From NCBI GenBank assembly GCA_015680685.1, contig MNCI01002977.1:62001-126000 (forward strand): 64,000 nt of DNA, read 5' to 3'. Shown here piece by piece: positions 25,966 through 38,300 of this stretch. This DNA is from Gnetum montanum (taxonomy: Eukaryota; Plantae; Gnetophyta). The translations under genes and the position numbers were made by a program. The notes beneath the pieces were generated by a model. It saw nothing but the letters and a program-made list of their open reading frames with translations, did not search any database and was not told where the DNA came from. Within the stretch, counting starts at the first letter, position 1. Each line of letters opens with the position of its first letter.

Positions 25966-28110
25966 AATAAAAATAATACTTATCCACCCCTAGCAAGATG
26001 AATCGAATCTTCTTGGCTTTCAGCGGTCTCGCCTCCATACCAAGCTTCCTTGAACGCTCAACCTTTCTCACCTTGGCCTTGGCCTTCCCGACGGTCTTCT
26101 AAATCAAACACTCAGCTCTCCTAATAGCTGTGTGCATTTTAGGTGGTTTCAACCCCAATTTATCATGCGAATGGTTGGAACGACTAACTGCACCCCCTGT
26201 TGTGATGGAGACTGATTCTTCGATGCCTTCGGGTGGATATTGGCATCTAGTGGTGTTAAATAGATGATGGATCCAGGGGCAAGACAATGGTGAACAATCC
26301 CATAACACATAATGGTTATCTCCATAGACCACTAAGAACTCAACAAACCTACAAAGATAGCCCATGAAAAAGGCAAAGTAAAATGGGATCTAGCATCAAC
26401 ATTCGATCGTAGCCTGATGATCTCTCCATGGAGCCCTAACCCAAGGAACTGTGCCTAATTGTAGCACATACCAGTCTCCAAGACTGAGCGCATAACACGT
26501 GCTGACTCAACCCCAAGATTTCTCTCCTGAGAAAGGGACTTAGGAAATGCTCGTGCTCTGAAGAGCGGATACAAAAAATTGACCTCTGTCAAACAGGTAT
26601 CAACTTGCATAGTAAAACCCTTAGGACCCTGTGGTACACCTAACCAATCCTCAAATTCCTTGATCACACAGCCTTCTCTAGTTCCTCTATCCACCGCCAC
26701 CTTAGCACCATCCACTGGTACACCGAAAAGATCGGAAGGCACTAAATAGGTCCATCAAGCTCGCATTGGTAAGGCAGCTAATGATTTGTTTAGGTACCTT
26801 CTTGTGTAGCCATCGTTGTGACTCCTCTGTCTTTCCAAACTTCATAGAGAGCGTGGCCTCAGTGCGCCTGGATAGAACAGTAACCTCATCAAGAGGAACA
26901 GCCACTGTAGAAAAGACAAAGAAGACATTGAGCAAAAAGTTAAGAGTATGATAAGCAATGATGTAACAAAAATGAAAACCAAGCCTGAAACATAATCATT
27001 CACCGTTAGCAAATGGAGTAGGTACATTTGGTACACGATCAACCATTTGGGGAAAAACTGGCCCATCAAGAGACCAATCCTCATGCAGCCAGCCATAAAC
27101 TTTACAACATTCAAAGGCCCTATAAAATTGCCTAGGATAATTGCTAATAGCACCCTTGGTTTTATCTAGCACCATAGCACGAAGAGTGGGGTCCATCATG
27201 AATGCCTCCAAAGTTGTGCCTGCTAAAGCAAGCCCACTATCATCCTCATGCAATCCATGCCCATCAACACGAGGCCTGTGAAGGCAAAGCATTCATACGT
27301 AAGCAATGATACAACGTTAAAGGAACCAAAGTAAAGATGAGTATAAAAGAGCATACATGTCTACTTTGTACACTGTTCCAGGTGGATTTTGGAACAATGT
27401 ATGCACATAGAAAGCTAGAAAAATAGTGTTACTACTATTGTAATGGCTGCAAGATGGTAATCTCCACACACAGGTCAGGGGACATGTGGATCTAGGGTCT
27501 TCAGGAACACCTCCCTCGACTGTATATAGTCCCTCATCTATGTCAACAACGAAGGCTAACATACCTCATGTTGAGCCAGGCAACATGGTCTCAATAATAT
27601 CACGAGTCAGCTACTCACTCAAATGAGACCATATGACAATGCTAAAATTCTACAAAATAAATGATAGAAATTCACCAACATTTGGACAAAACCATATTAC
27701 ATGAGGCCTGATCCGCATGTCATAGCTAGGTATGTTTGGTTCTAAAAGGCCAAACCAAGATAGCACACTGACAAGTTCAACCACAAGGAGAAAACGCCTA
27801 AGCCCCGTGCATAGAGTAAGAACTTTAGGTAAGTGAATTAAAACATATAAAACATATAAATTAAAAATGAAATAAAATAAGGCAATAAATAAACCCAACA
27901 AGTAAATAATGTTCAACACACTCACGTCACCCCATGAGACAAGGACATCAATGTCTATTTGATGAATGTAATGCTCGTTGGGGTACATTTAAAAAATTCA
28001 TTTACAAATACAAAACATGTACATTCACTGTCTAGCCCAAGAAACTAAAAACAAAAGGGCATAAATAACCAACAACATCGAATGAATAAGTTACTCACAC
28101 ACCAGTTCTA
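24186..28110 (-). pseudogene. Antisense multi-exon gene of B (FCP1/NIF-like domain 27357-27806, helical domain, coiled coil); putative exon 1 displaced to 46533-46654 by insertion C
   Basis: ORF pieces are homologous, in the same order, to C 35736-39410(+) and D 59304-62972(-); GT-AG boundaries at equivalent positions. Confidence 0.8.
25933..25962. repeat. (TA)n microsatellite in a predicted intron of B's antisense gene
   Basis: About 14-15 TA units. Confidence 0.95.
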
Positions 28111-28158
28111 GGGAATTCATGTTATAGTGCACGTTGCAGTAAAAGTAAAAGTGACAAG

Positions 28159-29740
28159 TGTAACGACGGAAAATGTCGGTAGCTAAAAAAAACCAAACAA
28201 AACTCCGTGTACATAGTTTTAACCACGGATCTGTGTAAGGGCTATGCTAGAAAAATGAATTCATGGCACCCTGAATGGTCTTGTCGATCAGACAGGGACT
28301 TACTAAATCAGTAAACCGATGGAAATTACGAATGTTGGGTGGAACGATTTGATTCGACGAGTCGCGAAATGGGGGGAAAACAACGTAGATGAATTATAAT
28401 GATGGTAATGCAAACACGGTAAGAGGAAGCAGACACGAAAGAAACGCGTGGTTTCAAGATCTATGCTTTGACTTGAAGAATGAATATTTTGTATATCACG
28501 TTACAGCGGGGAGACCCCGATTACTTGGTGTAAAGTAAACACAAAATAACAAGAAAGCTGCCTAAGCAGAAGTATAGAATGGAGTCCGATCTACCTCGTA
28601 AGCTAGAGGTGGGATGCAATGAAGGTCAAGTTATGACATCTATCGATCAACTGCTTTTGATCAATAGAGCTCGCAAACTATGCCAGATGATCTCACGATC
28701 TCTGATCTGCTCCTTTTGCCTTGGGTAGTCTCTACTCGGAACTGCCAGCGATCACCAATGGAGAAAGTTGTGTCTTCACCAACGGACCAATCGCTCCTAC
28801 TGCCAATGCTCAAGGAAACTAAGCTCTATCTCTATTAGAATGTGATGCTGTCAAAAATTGCCAAAGTGCTGCTCTCTCTGTTTCTGTCTCTTGTTGTGTA
28901 TCTCCCGTTGTCTTCCTGTCCATCTCTTTATGTTTTCACTAACTGAAGTATTTATAGGTTTGACGACATGTGGAGAAGGCCTGGCTGTGATAACACGTGT
29001 CTCAGACCTTTCGAGATGCCGTTGACCTAACCCTCTTTGTGTTGAACTTTGTGATAATGCACAATACGCTCATTTGCATACTGTGCGTGTGAATAACAAA
29101 TGTGTGTCGGGCATGTTTTAGCTGACTTTGGGCTATATTACGCTCATTCGCGTTGCGTCGGGTGCAAGAGCGTAACAAAGCATGAAAACAAAGGGTTCAA
29201 GCTATTTTACGCTCGCTTGCGTCGCCGAGCGTAGTGAAGCGTAAATGATGATTAGCTTGGCGATGAATTACACTGAGATATGCTACGTTGCGTAACGAGC
29301 GTAAGGTGATCCATCCGCAAGAAAGGGAAAAGAGTTGATCTGTTGCGCTTCTTCTGGACTTTCTTTGACTTTTTCGAAGCTCATTACGCTGCCATGCGTA
29401 ACAGAGCGTAAACTCGGCCTTGGAAAAAAGACTTAGCAAAATACACAAGAAGTCGCATATTACGCTGCTTAAGCCTCTCCAGATGCTGAAGTAAGTCACC
29501 TTCTGATATTAGACTATGTTGAATAGAATCACGCTAAGCGTCATTACGCTATGTCGCGTGATATAGCGTACAGAGATAAAACATAGTGATATTGGAAATC
29601 TGCAAAGAAAATCGAAGACTTGATGCTACGCACCTTTTTGCCTTACTCTGCCTTGTTCTTCCTTCTGGAATTCTGACATGTGCTCTCGCCTGATCGCGAA
29701 TCTTTGCTTGAGGCCAACTCACAATTTTCACGGTGTTTCA
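28159..29740 (-). repeat. 3' LTR of element C (1582 bp)
   Basis: TGTAACGAC...GGTGTTTCA; repeat of 44021-45602; TATA-like CTATAAATA on the minus strand at ~28949-28957. Confidence 0.97.
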
Positions 29741-29753
29741 ATGGACCCTCTTT
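29741..29753 (-). promoter_or_regulatory. Polypurine tract of C
   Basis: Minus strand AAAGAGGGTCCAT abuts the LTR. Confidence 0.75.
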
Positions 29754-30903
29754 GTTGATGGTTAGAGGGCTTGCCCGAAAGATGTCGATAAAGAATACGA
29801 AACACCGGATTGGTGAGAGTACCAACAGCGTCCATCAATGGCTACTCAAGTGTTGCCCTGTCAACATAGAAGAGCAAGAATGGAGGGTATGGGAGATAAG
29901 ATGATTTGGCAGGAAACAGGTTCGAGGAAGACTCAAATAAGTTAGGATGGCGGAACTATGGAATACGCTCGTTGAACATGCAGAAACGTATGCATACTTA
30001 TATTAATAGGAATGCTTTCAGATGAGCGTAGCACATCAGTTTGAGATTTCTCTGTTACAGAATATAGCATGAATGCTTGTAAAAGAAGCACAGCACGTCA
30101 CTTCTACGATATCTCTGCTATGACATTTAATTGCGTTACGCAAGTTTATGGACTTGATGGCAATATGAGTGCGGGAAACGGGTGCTTGCGTGTGTAGCTT
30201 TTGCGTATAAGAAGCAAATGGTAGCATTGAAGAGAATTAAGAGCCAAGGATAGAATTATAAGGGGAAAAGGGGATGCACTTCTAAGTGGACAGGCTAACC
30301 TGAGCAGCCATCTCAAAACGTTGTTTGTACTTCACCGCCTAGATGGATGCACCTTTGAACGATGTCCTCAAAGCAAGTAACCTGCAACCACAAAAGAAAA
30401 CAGAGGATACCATTGTTTGTGCGAATCGTGGGCGAGGTTGTTGAAACAAGTGCCATTAGAGGCGAGATAAAGCGATCGGGCCATGAAGGAGTAACTGTAG
30501 CACGAGGCCAGAGACCTCAATCTTGATGCTCGGCCCAGCATATTGCCGCCAAAGGACGTCAGACTCAGCGTGCCTATCTGGTTATGCAAAAAACTAGCTA
30601 GGTAAATTTGCGAAGCCAGAGTTTGATAGCGATGATCGGCGGAGGTCCCCGAGGTTGTTGTTGACGAGAATCCAGTCGAGGCTCCGGTCGGCGAAACTAA
30701 ACCCTCAGATGTACCACTGCTGTAGTGGGCGCAACGATGGCATCTCCGAGGGGTTAGTAGTATGCCTATTAGCACATCCAAGGAATCAGTAGAATGCCGG
30801 TGGGGTGGCGACGTTGGGATTGTCCCAGCATCCCACCCCGCTTGTTGTGAAGCTGCACAGGGATGATTACGCTCGCTTGATTTTCATGGTGACGACCTGT
30901 AAG

Positions 30904-31428
30904 TCTCAGTTTTAAGTCTTGGTAGACTATTGTTGCTGGTTTTAAGTCTCAGCAGACCATGGTCCCAGTTTAAAGTCCGGGCGGACCGAGAGATGCTAGT
31001 TTTACGTCGTAGCGGACGGTGGTGTGTCTAATTTATGGTCTCAGCAGACCGTGCTGTGGATGTCAGTTTTATGTCATGACCCAAGGACAGATCTGTGCTA
31101 GTTTTACATCTCAGCAGACGGTTGCTTACCTTTGCCAATTTTATGTCATGATGGACAGTTGGTGCCAGTTTAGCAACGTGGTGGATGCGTGCAAAAGATA
31201 CCAGTTTTTCATCTTGGCAGACCTATACAACACTGCCAGTTTTACGTCGTAGCGGATAGTTACAACTTGCCAGTTTAGCATCATGGCGGATGATCAGTGC
31301 CAGTTTAGCATCATGGCGGATGATCAGTGCCAGTTTAGCGTCATGGCAGACGCGTGGGGGGTGTGCCAGTTTTACATCATAGCGGACGTTTGTCACCAAT
31401 TTAACGTCGTAGCAAACGATTGTTGCCA
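30904..31428. repeat. Array of ~16 degenerate ~24-bp repeats (tgccagttttacgtcRtRgcRgac) with 5-13-nt variable spacers, after integrase of C
   Basis: Units read directly from the sequence. Confidence 0.85.
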
Positions 31429-31455
31429 TACCTGATATTCACACTGGAGATGCCA

Positions 31456-34400
31456 CTATATGTAATACCACTTCAGATATATGTGATTGACAGGGTTCAG
31501 CAACTCGTGGCTATCGACATCTGCTAACTTGAATGCTCCGTTGCTGTACGCATCATTCACCAAGAAAGGGCCCTCCCAGTGTGCAGAGAATTTGCTTACT
31601 GGTTTACGAACAGCCTTGAGAACTAAATCTCCCTTCTTGATCGGACGTTGTTGAATATTGTGACGATGCTTTTGCCTCTGCTTGTCTTGATACTTTTCAA
31701 TTGCATCAAGCGTTTGTATTCGCTTCTCCTCCACTGAATCCAAATCCGTGATCTGAGACTCGGTGTGTTGAGCTTCATTTATAATGGTGGAGAGGACCAT
31801 TCTTAGAGAAGAAATTTGCAACTCGAGAGGCAGTACTGCTTCAGACCCGTAGACTAGGCTATAGGGCGTACTACCAGTAGCCGTCCTACATGTAGTACGA
31901 TACACCCATAGCACATAGAAAATTTTTTCGTGCCACCATCTTTTGTTGCTGGCGAGCATTTTCTTGAGCAGATTGATGATGACTTTATTTGTTGCTTCAG
32001 TTTGACCATTTGCTTGTAGGTAGTAGGGAGAGGAAAAAGATTGTTTAATGCCAAGGCTATCACAGAAGGATTTGGTTTCCGTGCTACTAAATTGTGGCCC
32101 ATTGTCCATCACGATAGTAATCGGGAGACCAAATCTGGTTACTATATTGTCTAGGATAAAATGGCAAATCTATTGAGATGTGATCTTCTGTAAAGGAACA
32201 GCTTCTACCCACTTCGTAAAATACTCAGTAGCGGTAATTATGAAGCTATGACCTGCAGAAGATTTCGGCGTGATGGGACCTATGATGTCCAATCCCCATC
32301 GTTGAAATGGCCATGTTATCTGAGTTGTATGTAACTCTGTACGTGACACATGTATCAAATTTGCGTGACGTTGACACGTTTCACAGGTTTTAACCTTTGT
32401 CATGAAATCTTTTTCCATGCGTGGCCAGTAGTACCCTAAGAGTCGGATTTTTAAAGCCATAGCCCATGGTGCTACGTGTCCTCCGCATAATCCCTTGTGA
32501 AACCTCACCAACTATATGCTGCGCTTGGTTCTTGTCAACACAAGTAAGAAGCACGCCATCAAAAGAGCGTCTACAAAGAGTATTGTCTCCTACGATGATG
32601 TATTGCCTAGCCCGCTTGCGGATCGTATCTTTTTGCGCATGTCAATTCAGGCAGTAGCTCGCCCTGCAGGAGGTAATTTTTAATGTTGTCGTACCATTCT
32701 AGCATGCTTTCCTCGAGAAGAGAAGATATTTGTGCCGCCTGAATGATAGGATCTGTACAATCTACTATTAATGCAGAACAGGTGTCGAACAAGTGCGAGG
32801 GTACGTTCAAAGCTAGTGTAGCCAAGGCATCGGCCAGCGTGTTATCAGTGCATGGCACGTGTTGGGCATCGATGGTCATGAACCGCTTCAGAAGATCTTT
32901 AGCCTTATCGCAGTAGGGCTGCAAGTGTACAGCTTTGCAGGCGTAGACTCCTGTGATCTAATTTATGATGAGCATCGAATCACCCCTAATTGCCAAGTGT
33001 TGAACATCAAGTTCGCTAGCAATTAGTAATCCCCTGAGGAGCCCCTCATACTCTGCCATGTTGTTCGTACAGGGGAAGGTTAAGCGATAAGCGTGGAGAT
33101 GCACATCCTCAGGTGATAGCGTAATAACGGTGGCAGCACTGCCACCTCTAGCGGTTGAAGCTCCATCGAAATACAACGTCGCTTCGAGGCCTGTCAAGAC
33201 AGGGCTTAAACTATGTACATGTTCGTCTGGAAACTCAGGCTCTATGGTTGCCTGATTATTAATGGGTGACGTTACTAACTGGTCAACTATCGCCTGCCCT
33301 CTCGTAGAAGATTGGCCAATATAGTGCAAATCGAATTCTGCCGTGATAGCCTTCCAGCGAGCTATTTTGCTACTCTCGTATAGGTTGTGCGTAATGGCCC
33401 TAAGGATGTTGTTTTTACAGATGATGTTAACCTGGCTACGGAAAAGATAATGTCTAGACTTTTTTAGCGTAAATACTAATGCTAGGAAATTACGCTCTAC
33501 TTCGTTGTACCTCGTTTCGTACGCACATAGAGCATGACTCAAGTAGTAGATGGGCACTTCTGACCCATCATCCCTCCTTTGACAAAGTAATGCTGCTAAC
33601 GCTACGTCCGAAGTTACGAGGTAAATGTAAAATGGTTGATCCCTTTGCGGCGGGAAAACTGTTGGTAAGCATTGAAGCTCCTCCTTCAAGTTGTCGAACG
33701 CACGTTGACAATCATTTGTCCATTCGAAATTAACCCCCTTTTTAAGCAAATGTTGCATAGGTTGTAACTTGTCGGTTAATCTAGAAATGAACTACCTGAT
33801 GAACTGTAACCTCCCCTGTAATCCATGTAATTGCTTAAGATTTGTAGGGGGTGCCAATTCAACAATGGCTTTGCCCTTGTCAGGGTCTACGCGTATGCTA
33901 GTTTCCGATACCACGAAACCTAGCATGCATCCGGTTTTAACTCCGAACACACACTTCTTTTGGTTGAGTCGGAGGTCATACTTAGAACATCTTTTGAGGA
34001 CTAACTCTAGATCCTCTGAATGATCCTCTGACTTTATAGACTTAACAGCTATATCATTGACATAATCATTTAGTCTCCCCAGGAGATAATTGCTGAAGAT
34101 GTATGTCATGGCTCGTTGATATGTTGCTCCGGCGTTTTTCAGGCCAAAAGGCATCATAGTGTAGCAAAAGGTGCCCCAAGGTGTCATGAACGTTGTTGTC
34201 AATTGATGTTCTGGGTTAATGTGAATCTAATTATAGCCCGAAAAGCCATCCATGAAGGATAGAGGCGCATGCCCAGCTGTCGTATCTACTAGCTGGTCGA
34301 TACTCGGTAGTGGGAAATTATCCTTGATTGTGGCCTTGTTTAGATCTCGAAAGTCTATGCAGATGCGTATGCTTCCGGTCTTCTTTGGGATGACTACAAT

Positions 34401-34914
34401 GTTAGATACCCAATCCGAGTAATCGACCGCGCGGATGAAACCAGCCTGATACAGTTTGGTGATTTCATCACGCATAGCTAGCTGGCTTGATTTTTGGTAC
34501 CTTTTGCCTAATTGCTTTAATTTGCGGGTCTAAAATTATGTTATGCTACATTAACTTAGGATCTAATCCCAGCATATCCTCGTATGACCACACAAATACT
34601 GTAATGTTGTCTTGCAGGACCTATTTCATAGAATCGTGCGTTTTCTCGTCTAGTAAAGAACTGACTTTCAGCGTTTTGTCCTTACCTTTATGCGTAACGA
34701 TAGAAACCTCATTGAGGAGGTCCTCGATTATGTCCCCAGCTTCCAGGTCTAGCGTGCGCGTTGACTGTTCTGGCCATTCTGGGGACATCTCCGACCTGGC
34801 TATGGTTACGTCGTCAAAGCGAGGGTTAATTTCTACTAATGTAGGGTTGAATTGCCTAACTACTCTCCCGTATGGGCCTGTCAAAGTTAGAGGTGCTAAA
34901 AATGTTGCGTCCAT
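31456..34914 (-). pseudogene. pol: pol remnant of C: RT - RH - aRH - INT
   Basis: RICIDFRDLNKA, MDGFSGYN, MPFGLKNAGATYQR, YVND (mutated YVDD), LYFDGAS, TNNMAEYEGL, RGDS, GLCGGH, WGLDIIG, DNGPQF, WEGPF. Confidence 0.95.
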
Positions 34915-35332
34915 TTGCCCACCGCCCTGCAAAATCGCCAAATGCGTAAATGATTAGGAGAAAGCATGAGGTGGCGTTGTCGAACGTGGAAAGCTAACTG
35001 AATTTTGAATATTGTAAACAGGCTGTGATTAATGCTACCCAATTACGAGATGATAAGATGTGGTAGTTTAACGTCATTTCGGACAGTGGCGCATGTGATA
35101 TCTACCGCATTAATATCTTGATTTTCAGGTTCCGTTTTAAGAAAGTCCCGCTGAAATCGGATATTAAGTCGGTGATTTTCGCATATAAGTAAGTAGTTTT
35201 CGGTGAAAACGGACTGCTGGCTATCGCGAATTCAAATTCCTAACTGTTATGAAGCGAGAGAAAGAGGAGCAGAAGATTGTAACGTGTAACTTGCAAAGCC
35301 GTGAATGTGTGAAGCTTTGAAGGTTTTAAGAC

Positions 35333-38300
35333 TATGACAATGACACCTAAAGTGAAAAGGAAGAACACAAAATTGGCTTAAATTGATGAGGTGCAAGAGA
35401 ATCTGGAGCGTGCTTCGCAGGCAATGGTCGAAGTGAGGGACCCTACGCCCTTGAACCGGTAGGCCGTCTCTTGCATATTTGCGTTATTATAGCATTGTTT
35501 ATTGTTGTAGCGTTATTTGCATAAACGAGGGTTTTAAACTATGGACCTCGCGTTAAGACGAGTGTTTAGAGGGGATTGCGTCTATCGCCGTTGTCAGGGA
35601 CAAGCCTTGCGCTGTTGCAAAGGCTTGGGCGATTTCGACATGGATAACTAGACGTAATTTGTACGTTTTCTGTGTTTAAACACATAAATGTGAATCTAGA
35701 TTTTGATCTGTGTATTGTGTTTTCTGTACAGTGTTATGCTAAAGCCTGTCTTAATCGTCTTGGACATCATTGGGGTTTTGTGCTGTATAAACCCGATCAT
35801 GCCTAATGTCCCTCCCCCGCAAACTTGATTGCATGGGAAGGCCATTTGGTTTCAAAAGGGTGTGCTGGAGTTTCTGCAGTTCTTACTATGCAACTACAAC
35901 GTTATTATATGGTCTGATTTGTCAGGAGATATTGCTGGCGCCATTTTGGAGCACCTGCTAGTGGGTTCCGTACAGGGAATTTTGGCCTTCTTGACAGACG
36001 GAGCCATTGATACTGGTCATCCCGAGGACCGAGAACTTAGCGCCCGAGGTTTGAGGCACTTAGGTTGGATCTGGGAGATGGCCCAGTTTAGTTGTTACCA
36101 CACCTATAACACTCTGTTTGTGGCTCGCCACGTCTCGACCTACTTCCAGAACCCACCAGGCACCATGTAGTACTCAGGCGGGTAAGCGATTTTGTTGGAT
36201 ATATTGTTACATGTCTATTGTCTAAGCTTTGTAAAGTGTAAGATAAATCTATGTGGTATGGTACAGGTTTTTCATTCATGAGAACAGGTTAGTAGGAGAT
36301 GGTGATACGTTGTCATGGACCGAAACGGCAATAAAGGCGTTTACCTCAACTAGCAACGTACGCACTGGTGTGATGGGGTAGATCGGCTTTGACATTCGTG
36401 AGTACCCCACCCGCTATGCTGATGTTTTTGAAAATTTCCAGAAACTCGTGTGGCTACATGATGACTGGACCTTGGATCCACCCCTTACCATTGAGGACGT
36501 GCAGAGGAACCTTCCTTCATTTCCTTTCCCATTTGGACCTAGTAAAACCGCTGCGTATTCTATTGTTGCGTGATGTAGTTGTGAACTGTGAACATTGCGT
36601 AATAATGTTTTTTCCTGAACTATGTCTCACATTGTTTAGTCAGGGAATCCCGGGAGATTACCCTTACAATTTCTGGCCATGAGGCGAATACGGTCCTCTT
36701 CCGCTACGGTGACATCAAGGATGCACAACGCTGGCTTGGCCACGCGGAGGCCCCGGTTGCGGTGGTCACCAAGATCCAAGAAGCGAGGTTATTGCATTTA
36801 TTTTTAGCCGCAACTCCTGATGTCCCCGCTAGTGAGATGCTAACCCTGGTCAACTCCTTCAACAAAAAGGCAAAGCGTTTTTGCACACGCGTTCATAATG
36901 TGTGTGTAAGTTTCGACATTGATGCTCAGCTCTTTACAGACCTTTTTGGCATCCCCTCTGACAGCCTTCCCATAGACGAGAAGGCGAAGAGGAGTCTCGA
37001 CTATCAGAAGTGGCTGGAGGAGTGGGTAAGGGTCACGAAGGAGACTAAAGGGTTTTCTTGTGAACGATTCAAACTAGGCGTCGTCAAGACAATTTATCCC
37101 CTTTTCTGGGCCCAGGCTTTTCCCAAAACGCTCTCGCAAGGGAAGTTCTTTTCTATAGAGCAGACCCATATTATGCGGGAGGTTTTGGAAGAAGGGACCT
37201 AGTTCAATTGGGCAAGATATTTCACTGTGGGACTGCGCACTAAGATGATGAGGCTTCGCCAGAAGCTCGAGTCTCGTTTCAATGTGCATTACGCCTTCTT
37301 CATAGCTTGCCTTCGACGTTTTGCTGAGTTTTTGGTTGTCCAAAGGGATGGGGTTTGGGTGCAACAAGACCGAGACCAGCTATCCAAACCTTGGATTATG
37401 CATATCCTCAGCACTACCCATGGGTAGGATCCTCCAAAAGGGATTGGGAAATCTCTGTCTGTAATGACCAGAGGTTTGGCGGTGCCTCGAGTGCCAGGCC
37501 TCGACAGTGTAGGCAGGATAATGCCTACTTACACTGGCGATGCCTCACGAGGGAAACGTCTGGCGATAGAAATTGTAGAACCTGCAGCTCAGTGTAAAAG
37601 GCTTCGCATAACCGAGGCCTCTGAGAGCAGCGCAGGCTGAACTGTGGTGGTCAGGGTTCAACAGAGTAAGCCTCTGCCTGGTAAGCGTAAAGGAGATGTA
37701 TTGAAAACTGTATGACGCACTGTTTATTCAAGATATTTGAAATGATGTACTAAGAGCATTGTGATATGACCAGTGAAAATTACAGAGAAAATGACCCCTA
37801 AGACAGGGGCAGTGGTACTAATTTGTGGAGAAGGTGCCTCAGTTTTAGAAGGAGAGGCCCCAGCTGTTAGAGTGAGCCACGCACAGACCCTTATGCGTGA
37901 GGAGGTCCTAGCTGGAGGGGCAAGCGACGCACAGACTCATGTGCGTGAAGAGAAGAAAGAGACGGAAGATGTTGGCAAAGTCGCCACTATCACCGGCAGA
38001 GGTAGTGAGCGTATTAGAAATTTTACGTAATTTTGTCAATAATTAGAGTTTCTAACTTGACTACACTACAGGAGAAGAGGATGCCTCCACGTCCGTTGCT
38101 GTGAGCAGAGCGTGGAGAGACTTTCCTGACAAGTTCGCCTTCATGGAAGGTGTTGTCAGTGATATGATCGAGCACCTGGAGCACGTCAAACCTGGAGCTA
38201 GTATGCTGTAGTTATAAAAGGTTTATTTTACTATACAGTAATAATGTGTCATATTGCAGTGATGATGTTTGCTGTTAGGAGCTCGCCTTCGATGGGACCC

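Noticed and set aside
30904-31428. CRISPR array
   Set aside because: Repeats are degenerate, spacers are only 5-13 nt, there are no cas genes and the context is a plant retrotransposon; kept only as a motif array.
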